NCBI GenBank assembly: GCA_964605655.1
Contig: CAZSDK010000007.1
Location: 2,084 to 66,083 of the forward strand
DNA length: 64,000 bases
Reading direction: 5' to 3'
Source of the DNA: an uncultured Bacteroidales bacterium
GTDB lineage: Bacteria > Bacteroidota > Bacteroidia > Bacteroidales > CAIXZF01
The notes below the pieces were generated by a model. The model was not told where the DNA came from, made no database searches, and saw nothing but the letters and a program-made list of their open reading frames with translations. This document shows, in pieces, positions 57,672 through 64,000 of this stretch. The position numbers and the translations under genes are program-made. How positions within the stretch are numbered: position 1 is the first letter of the stretch; each line of letters starts with the position of its first letter.

Positions 57672-58730
57672 TCAGAGGAGGTTCAGGCATTCTTCCACCT
57701 TTGAAAAAACACCTCTTTCAGTGATGAAAGCAGTGATGAGGCGAGCCGGAGTCAGGTCAAAAGCCGGATTATAAACAGAAGAACCAGGGTTAAGAATCTG
57801 TATCTCCCTGACAGTTCCCTCTTTATCGATCCCTGATGCATGGGTTACTTCTTCCGCAGAACGTTCTTCAATAGGAATCCCTGCCCCGGTGGGACAGTGC
57901 TGGTCGAAAGTGGACCAGGGAGCAGCGACATAAAAAGGAATTCCAAATTCTCTGGCCAGCAGTGCTTTTTCAAAGGTCCCGATTTTGTTGGCTGTGTCAC
58001 CGTTGGCTGCAATCCTGTCGGCACCGGTTATGACCATGTCTACCGCTCCCTTTGCCATGAGAGAAGCTGCTGCATGATCAGGGATGATGGTATGAGGAAT
58101 TCCCTGATGGTAGAGTTCCCATGCTGTGAGCCTGCCTCCCTGGTTTCGGGGCCTGGTCTCATCGACCCATACATGAAGTCGTTTCCCCTCTTCAAATGCC
58201 CTGTAAACCGGTGAAAGAGCGCTCCCGTAATCGACCAGTGCCAGCCAGCCTGCATTACAGTGTGTGAGAATATTCATCCCATCCTTTATGAGAGATTTCC
58301 CATGTTCTCCTATGCTCCTGGCTGCCGTGATATAGCGGTCTGCCATTTTCAGAGCTTCCTTTTCAGCTGCCTCAAAGGCCTTATCAGGATCACCATCATT
58401 CCATGCTGCCATACCAGCTTGGTGAACCCTGTCAATGGCATGGAAGAGGTCGTGAGCGGTAGGTCTCGTATTACCGATATCTATTTTAGCAGATTCAATA
58501 AAGTCACGACGACCATGTGATTCCAGGAATGCCTGTGCCATGGCAAAACCTGCCGCAGCCCCGATGGTACCTGCACCCCTTACCGTCATATTCCTGATCG
58601 CCACGCAGGTTTGAAGATACCCTTCAGCAGTCGTTATTCTGAATTGAAAAGGCAACGACCGCTGGTCAATCATGTGAACTATGTGGTTCTCGAACCAGAC
58701 TGCCTTATAGTGTTTTCCGTTTACAACCAT
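57672..58730 (-). CDS. mtnA: S-methyl-5-thioribose-1-phosphate isomerase (eIF-2B alpha/beta/delta family)
   Basis: 352 aa. VRGAGTIGAAA, VDETRPRNQGGRLTAWEL and GADRIAANGDTANKIGT motifs. Confidence 0.9.
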   Translation of the reverse strand: MVVNGKHYKAVWFENHIVHMIDQRSLPFQFRITTAEGYLQTCVAIRNMTVRGAGTIGAAAGFAMAQAFLESHGRRDFIESAKIDIGNTRPTAHDLFHAIDRVHQAGMAAWNDGDPDKAFEAAEKEALKMADRYITAARSIGEHGKSLIKDGMNILTHCNAGWLALVDYGSALSPVYRAFEEGKRLHVWVDETRPRNQGGRLTAWELYHQGIPHTIIPDHAAASLMAKGAVDMVITGADRIAANGDTANKIGTFEKALLAREFGIPFYVAAPWSTFDQHCPTGAGIPIEERSAEEVTHASGIDKEGTVREIQILNPGSSVYNPAFDLTPARLITAFITERGVFSKVEECLNLL

Positions 58731-58763
58731 CTTTTTGAAATTACATGGAGGTTTAACAGATCA

Positions 58764-59951
58764 TCAATCTTTTAACTCCATGAGTGTGAGCCAGGTCATG
58801 AGACCTACGCCGGTCATCAATGACTTCTCATCCACGTCAAAATGGGAAGTATGCAAGTTGGTTATTACCCTGGTGGCCGGATCCATGGTTCCCAGGCGGA
58901 ACATACAGCCGGGTATGATCTGGCCGAAATAAGCGAAATCTTCAGCGGTCATTCTCATGTCGAGTTCAACGACATTCTGCTCACCGAGGAAAAACCTTGC
59001 CTGGTCCCAGGCCCTTTGAGTCAATTCTTCGTCATTATGAAGACTGGGATATCCTTTATGTATGTCAACCCGGCACCGGGCACCCATGCCTTCGGCGAGG
59101 GTAGTGGCGATGGTTTTAATTCTCTGATGCGCCTGTTCTCTCCACACCTCGTCGAAAGTACGGAAGGTACCGGCAAGGTGGACCTCATCAGGGATGATGT
59201 TCGTCCTGCCATCGGCGATGAACCTTCCGAAAGACAACAAGGTAGGAGTTGCATTCTTGGCATAACGGCTGGTAATCTGTTGCAGGGCCGTAACAATATG
59301 TGCCGAGATGACGACGGGATCAATATTCAGTTCAGGTGTGGCAGCATGACCGCCTTTTCCCTTTACCACAATATAGATCTCATCTGTCGAAGCCATATAT
59401 CTGCCTGGTCTCATCCCCACTTTCCCTGCTTCCAGTTCAGGAAGGGTATGCTGGGCAAAGATGGCTGCCGGGCGGGGATTATCGAGGGCCCCCTCCTGAA
59501 TCATGGGCAAGGCTCCACCCGGAAACGTTTCTTCAGAAGGTTGGAACAAACAACGCACGCTCCCTTGTAATTCAGGCTTAAGATCATTCAAGACCCTTAT
59601 GCTTCCCAGCAAAGCAGCCATGTGCACATCATGGCCACAGGCGTGCATAACGCCCGGGGTGATGCTTGAGTACTCTTTTTCAGAGGTCTCATGAATGGGT
59701 AAGGCATCCATATCTGCCCTGAGAGCAATGGTCTTACCCGGTCCCGCCATCCCCTCTATCGTGGCAACCAGACCGGTATTTGCGATCCCTTCCCTGAAAG
59801 GCACTCCCCATGACTGCAGCGTCTGGGCGATGAACTTTGCAGTATTGAATTCATGCAGCGACAGTTCCGGGTGCCTGTGAAAATGCCGGCGAAGCCGGAT
59901 GGTCTCTTCCTGGTACTGAAGGACCCTGTTCTTTATTTCCGTAACTTCCAT
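58764..59951 (-). CDS. M20/M40 family amidohydrolase (N-acyl-amino acid / hippurate hydrolase type)
   Basis: 395 aa. MHACGHDVH metal-binding motif, FQPSEE, and an M20D-type dimerisation insert. Confidence 0.88.
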   Translation of the reverse strand: MEVTEIKNRVLQYQEETIRLRRHFHRHPELSLHEFNTAKFIAQTLQSWGVPFREGIANTGLVATIEGMAGPGKTIALRADMDALPIHETSEKEYSSITPGVMHACGHDVHMAALLGSIRVLNDLKPELQGSVRCLFQPSEETFPGGALPMIQEGALDNPRPAAIFAQHTLPELEAGKVGMRPGRYMASTDEIYIVVKGKGGHAATPELNIDPVVISAHIVTALQQITSRYAKNATPTLLSFGRFIADGRTNIIPDEVHLAGTFRTFDEVWREQAHQRIKTIATTLAEGMGARCRVDIHKGYPSLHNDEELTQRAWDQARFFLGEQNVVELDMRMTAEDFAYFGQIIPGCMFRLGTMDPATRVITNLHTSHFDVDEKSLMTGVGLMTWLTLMELKD

Positions 59952-61333
59952 CAGGACTTTTTCAACATCTGTGTATAATACAGGTAGAAATAAGGGATGG
60001 TTTCTATCCCTTTGAAGAAGTTCTCCAGGCGGAAGTTCTCATTGGGAGAGTGAATAGCATCACTCTCAAGTCCAAAACCAAGGAGCAGCGATTTGATACC
60101 GAGGATCTCCTCAAAGGTGGAGATGATGGGAATGCTGCCGCCACTTCTGAATGGGATGGGCTTTTTACCGTATGTCTCTTCGAAAGCCTTGCTGGCAGCC
60201 TGATAAGCGATACTGTCGGTAGGGGCAGCATAGGGTTTTCCACTATGCATGGCCGTCACCTTCACCTTGATACCAGCAGGTGCTAATGATTTAAAATGAT
60301 CTTCAAAAAGCCGGGCAATTTTCTCGTGTTGCTGATTGGGGACCAGCCTCATGGAGATCTTGGCAGAGGCTTTGGACGGGATCACGGTCTTGCTCCCCTC
60401 GCCTGTATATCCCCCCCAGATCCCGTTGCAATCAAGCGAAGGCCTGATGCCAGTCCTCTCCATGGTGGTATACCCTTTTTCACCTGCCAATTCATTAATA
60501 TCCAAAGCCTTTTTATATGATTTCAGATCAAATGGTGCCCGCGCCATGTCATCCCTTTCCGCTTTGCTCAGTTCCACGACATCATCATAAAAACCAGGTA
60601 TGGTGATCTTTCCATCCTCATCGATGAGTGAGGCGATCATTTTCGCCAGCATGTTGATGGGATTGGCCACTGCCCCGCCAAATAATCCTGAATGAAGGTC
60701 TCGGTTCGGACCGGTGACCTCCACCTCCATATAGGCCAGTCCCCTGAGGCCGGTAGTAACGGAAGGGGTATCGGCAGCGATCATCCCGGTATCAGAGACC
60801 AGGATGATATCGGCTTTCAGCTTCTCTTTATTATCCTTCAGGAAGGCAGCCAGGTTGGGGGATCCAATTTCTTCCTCTCCCTCTATCATGAACTTGACAT
60901 TACAAGGCAGGGTGCCGGTGTTCACCATCATCTCGAAGGCCTTGGCATGCATAAAACCCTGTCCTTTGTCATCATCAGCGCCCCGTGCCCAGATCTTCCC
61001 GTCTTTGATGACCGGCTCAAAGGGAGGGGTCAGCCATTCCTCCAGAGGATCAGCCGGCATCACATCATAATGGGCATATACCAACACGGTGGGTTTTGTG
61101 GCATCCACCATTTTCTCTCCATAAACCACGGGATTTCCGGCTGTGGGGATTACCTCTGCGTGGTCGGCACCGGACCTGAGTAAAGATTCTTTCCAATAGG
61201 CAGCAGCCCGGTCCATGTCTTCCCGGTGGTCAGGCAGAGGGCTCACAGAAGGAATGCGCAATAATCCAAAAAGCTCCCGGATAAAAGGGTCTTTATTCTT
61301 TTCAAGATATTCTTTCCATTGTTTCATAAACAC
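59951..61333 (-). CDS. M20 family dipeptidase
   Basis: 460 aa. YAHYDVMPADP, ARGADDDKG and MIEGEEEIGS motifs. 1-nt TGATG overlap with the downstream M20 gene. Confidence 0.88.
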   Translation of the reverse strand: MFMKQWKEYLEKNKDPFIRELFGLLRIPSVSPLPDHREDMDRAAAYWKESLLRSGADHAEVIPTAGNPVVYGEKMVDATKPTVLVYAHYDVMPADPLEEWLTPPFEPVIKDGKIWARGADDDKGQGFMHAKAFEMMVNTGTLPCNVKFMIEGEEEIGSPNLAAFLKDNKEKLKADIILVSDTGMIAADTPSVTTGLRGLAYMEVEVTGPNRDLHSGLFGGAVANPINMLAKMIASLIDEDGKITIPGFYDDVVELSKAERDDMARAPFDLKSYKKALDINELAGEKGYTTMERTGIRPSLDCNGIWGGYTGEGSKTVIPSKASAKISMRLVPNQQHEKIARLFEDHFKSLAPAGIKVKVTAMHSGKPYAAPTDSIAYQAASKAFEETYGKKPIPFRSGGSIPIISTFEEILGIKSLLLGFGLESDAIHSPNENFRLENFFKGIETIPYFYLYYTQMLKKS

Positions 61334-61495
61334 TTCACGTTAATTCATTACTACTTTTTTGGTCTTCTCTGAAGGCAAATGTAATGGGTTTTATAACATA
61401 ATTGGCATTACAGACAACTCCTACATTTCGTTTTGAGTCTTATCTTTACCTGCTAAAGCGGGGTGAAAATCTATTATATTCTTCAATCCGGAAAT

Positions 61496-64000
61496 ATGAT
61501 CAAATCATTGATATTCAGGATTTTAATTACAGTATCATTCATTTTCAGTTTCCAGACGGAATGGGTGTTTGGTCAACTCCAGGTGACTCAAGGAGGAAAT
61601 CCAGTCGATTTGGTGAATGATGTGTTGATAGGGACCGGAGTTGTCGCCAGCAATATTACGATGACGGGAGGCAGTGTGATGTACGGTTCTTTTACCACCG
61701 GAGCTAATCCCACCAATCTGGGTCTGGCCAGTGGTCTGATACTGACCTCAGGCAGTGCCACCAATGCCATTGGTCCGAATATATCAGGAGGGATTACGAC
61801 CGACCTGCAACTTCCGGGAGACTCATTGCTGACCAGCCTTATTCCGGGTTACCAGACACGTGATGCCTGTGTTCTCGAGTTTGACTTTATTCCGCAGGGT
61901 GACACCATGCGTTTCCGTTATGTGTTTGGTTCTGACGAGTATCTCGAATGGGTGGGTTCCAGCTACAATGATGTTTTTGGATTCTTTGTTTCGGGTGTTG
62001 ATCCGATCACCTATAATTACTTCACCAATAAAAACATTGCCATTATCCCCCAAACGGTGAATACACCCGTATCGATCAACAATGTCAATAATGTCTCGAA
62101 TTCCACCTATTTTGTAAACAATCCTTCAGGGTCCCCGACGATTGAGTATGACGGCTTCACCGTGGTACTGACTGCCTGGTGTCATGTGGTCCCCTGTTTG
62201 AATTATCACATCAAGATCGCCGTCGCTGATGCCGGGGATTGGGTTCTCGACTCAGGAGTCTTTTTAGAAGCCGGCAGTTTTTCCAGCAACGGCATCACCA
62301 CGAACATCACCTACACCAATCCGAATATCCCTTTTCTTTCAGCTATTGAAGGATGCAATGATGCTATTGTGACCATAAAGTTGCCTCATCCGACACCTGA
62401 CGGCTATGTCATTCCATTCTCCATCCTTTCCACAGGAACAGCCCAGTATGGAGTGGATTATGATTCTATCGTGAGCCCTTTGATCATTCAACCCGGAGCT
62501 GATTCAGGCAACATTGTGGTCCATGCCTTTCTTGACGGACTCACCGAAGGGCCGGAAACGGTCGGACTGATCATCCCCAACACCATCTGCCTGAGTTCTT
62601 ATGATACCATATATTTTACTATTCTCGATTATACCCCTGTGGCATTGCATACCACCTTTGATGACACCCTGGTCCCTTGTGGTGACCAGGTAGACCTGGT
62701 GGCCCAGCAATCCGGGGGAATAGGACCTTACTCTTTCTTATGGAGTACCGGAATAAGCAATGATACCCTCATCATCAATCCGAATATCACGACACTTTTT
62801 CATGTCTCGGTGACGGATGCCTGCGGATACAGTTCATCCGACAGCACCCTCATCGAGATTTTCGGGCCGACTGCAGAGGCGGGGAGTGATACAAATATAT
62901 GCACGGGAGGAGCGGCGACCCTCACCGCCACCGGAGGGACCAGCTATGTTTGGAGCAATGGGATGACAACCTCCACTATTACCGTTTCTCCGACAGTTAC
63001 CACATCCTACATCGTCACCGTTACACAGGTCTGCTCCGACGTGGATACCGTCAGGGTCTTTGTCAATCCCCTGCCTACCCTGTTGATCAACGCTACCCAG
63101 GACTCCGTATGCCCGGGTGAAAGCACCACACTCGTAGCCTCGGGAGCACAGAATTACTCCTGGACCTCGAATATTCCGGACCCAAGCCTGACGCCTCAAT
63201 CCAATTCAGCGGCCCCTGTTGTCACACCACCTTCCAGTATCCTCTACACTCTCACTGGTACCGATACCAATACCTGTACCAGCACCACCTCTCAATTCAT
63301 CACCGTAAAACCTGTTCCCACTGCTGACTTTACTGTTTCCAACCTTTTCCCCTGCGATGGGAACAGTACCGTACTCACCTATATCGGGAACGCCCCCGCC
63401 ACCTCCACCTTCCTGTGGCAGTTCGACGGCGGTACGGCCTATGGTAACGGAAGCGGGCCCTACCAGGTGATCTGGGACCAGAGCGGTGATTATATCGTTC
63501 AGCTTCAGATCGACAGGAACGGATGTCTTAGTTTACCCTTCAGCGACACCATACATGTGATACAAACACCTGATGCCCAGTTTGATGTGGATCAGTATTC
63601 CGGATGTATCCCTCTTGAAATCCAGTTTACCGATTTTTCCTCCAACGTGATCGCAGGAAGCACTTATGAGTGGTCATTTGGCAATGGGGACCATATCATC
63701 ACACAGCATCCTTTCTATACATACAATAACAGCGGTATTTATACCGTGACCCTGGTGGTTTCCAACACGTACGGATGTAACGACACCCTCAAGAAGACCG
63801 CACTGATCCATGCCAATCCCATTCCAACTGCCTTGTTCGAAATACATCCCAGGAAGGTGAGCATACTGGACCCCATCGTAAATTTCTGGGACCGTTCCCT
63901 GGGCGGGGTGGTCGACTGGGACTGGGACCTGGGTGACGGTACCCTGTCAGATCTGCCAGACCTTACCCATACTTATGCTGATACCGGAACCTTTGATGTT
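61496..64000 (+). CDS. large surface protein: choice-of-anchor-L-like N-terminal domain, Ig-like CxGxxxxLxAxGGxxYxW modules and PKD-like domains; 3' end outside the window
   Basis: Absent from the ORF track because no stop occurs before the window end. Hand translation from ATG 61496: MIKSLIFRILITVSFIFSFQTEWVFGQLQVTQGGNPVDLVNDVLIGTGVVASNITMTGG...DACVLEFDFIPQGDTMRFRYVFGSDEYLEWVGSSYNDVFGFFVSG...YHIKIAVADAGDWVLDSGVFLEAGSF...ICTGGAATLTATGGTSYVWSNG...YEWSFGNGD...YTVTLVVSNTYGCND. It probably ends in a T9SS sorting domain beyond 64000, which I cannot verify. Confidence 0.8.
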   Translation, partial: MIKSLIFRILITVSFIFSFQTEWVFGQLQVTQGGNPVDLVNDVLIGTGVVASNITMTGGSVMYGSFTTGANPTNLGLASGLILTSGSATNAIGPNISGGITTDLQLPGDSLLTSLIPGYQTRDACVLEFDFIPQGDTMRFRYVFGSDEYLEWVGSSYNDVFGFFVSGVDPITYNYFTNKNIAIIPQTVNTPVSINNVNNVSNSTYFVNNPSGSPTIEYDGFTVVLTAWCHVVPCLNYHIKIAVADAGDWVLDSGVFLEAGSFSSNGITTNITYTNPNIPFLSAIEGCNDAIVTIKLPHPTPDGYVIPFSILSTGTAQYGVDYDSIVSPLIIQPGADSGNIVVHAFLDGLTEGPETVGLIIPNTICLSSYDTIYFTILDYTPVALHTTFDDTLVPCGDQVDLVAQQSGGIGPYSFLWSTGISNDTLIINPNITTLFHVSVTDACGYSSSDSTLIEIFGPTAEAGSDTNICTGGAATLTATGGTSYVWSNGMTTSTITVSPTVTTSYIVTVTQVCSDVDTVRVFVNPLPTLLINATQDSVCPGESTTLVASGAQNYSWTSNIPDPSLTPQSNSAAPVVTPPSSILYTLTGTDTNTCTSTTSQFITVKPVPTADFTVSNLFPCDGNSTVLTYIGNAPATSTFLWQFDGGTAYGNGSGPYQVIWDQSGDYIVQLQIDRNGCLSLPFSDTIHVIQTPDAQFDVDQYSGCIPLEIQFTDFSSNVIAGSTYEWSFGNGDHIITQHPFYTYNNSGIYTVTLVVSNTYGCNDTLKKTALIHANPIPTALFEIHPRKVSILDPIVNFWDRSLGGVVDWDWDLGDGTLSDLPDLTHTYADTGTFDV

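Noticed and set aside
1-64000. Searched for defence systems, toxin-antitoxin pairs, prophage or integrase genes, and tRNA/rRNA/tmRNA genes.
   Set aside because: No nuclease, helicase, methylase, integrase or phage-structural signatures appear in any ORF, and I saw no tRNA-like T-arm/acceptor patterns in intergenic regions. By-eye scanning could still miss small RNAs.

Overview
The window reads as a chromosomal segment from a Bacteroidota (Bacteroidetes) genome. Evidence for that placement: T9SS type-A and type-B C-terminal sorting domains, TAnnTTTG -7 promoter boxes 6-56 nt (mostly 17-35) upstream of the starts I checked, almost no Shine-Dalgarno sequences, and an archaeal/eukaryote-type ProRS. 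I support about 52 protein genes. Most are housekeeping: glyA, guaB, proS, serS, rplU-rpmA, rsmA, mazG, rfbA, mtnA, ygiQ, SurA-type chaperones, peptidases, an ALDH and an ABC-F ATPase. Two large genes run off the window edges and are missing from the ORF track: 1-1199 on the minus strand and 61496-64000 on the plus strand. One 45-aa ccmD-like ORF is below the track cutoff. I found no rRNA, tRNA, CRISPR array, prophage or recognisable defence system. Several regions deserve a second look. (1) A tight co-directional cluster at 2596-10927 in which a cytoplasmic M16B peptidase pair is split by an ECF sigma factor and a translationally coupled anti-sigma-like membrane protein ending in a T9SS type-B sorting domain, followed by a 1312-aa type-B cargo. 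(2) A lipoprotein at 27075-28913 with a ~140-aa block that is about 30% Tyr and 9% Trp, followed by a ~360-aa N/Q/T/P-rich low-complexity tail. It has a perfect Shine-Dalgarno sequence and is paired with a FadL-like outer-membrane barrel. (3) An AT-rich patch at 30683-31300 with a strong promoter driving a Cys-rich small secreted-protein gene whose signal peptide is cut by an in-frame TAA. This lies next to a T9SS-secreted beta-propeller protein and is preceded by a GC-rich repeat/hairpin module flanked by 12-nt direct repeats. (4) A REP/RAYT locus at 50704-51774 with four 34-nt hairpins and a duplicated 3' gene fragment. (5) A ccmBCDE block whose CcmE carries the Cys-type CxxxY motif and which lacks ccmA, ccmF and ccmH nearby. 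All functional calls rest on motifs read by eye from the translations. No database search was possible.
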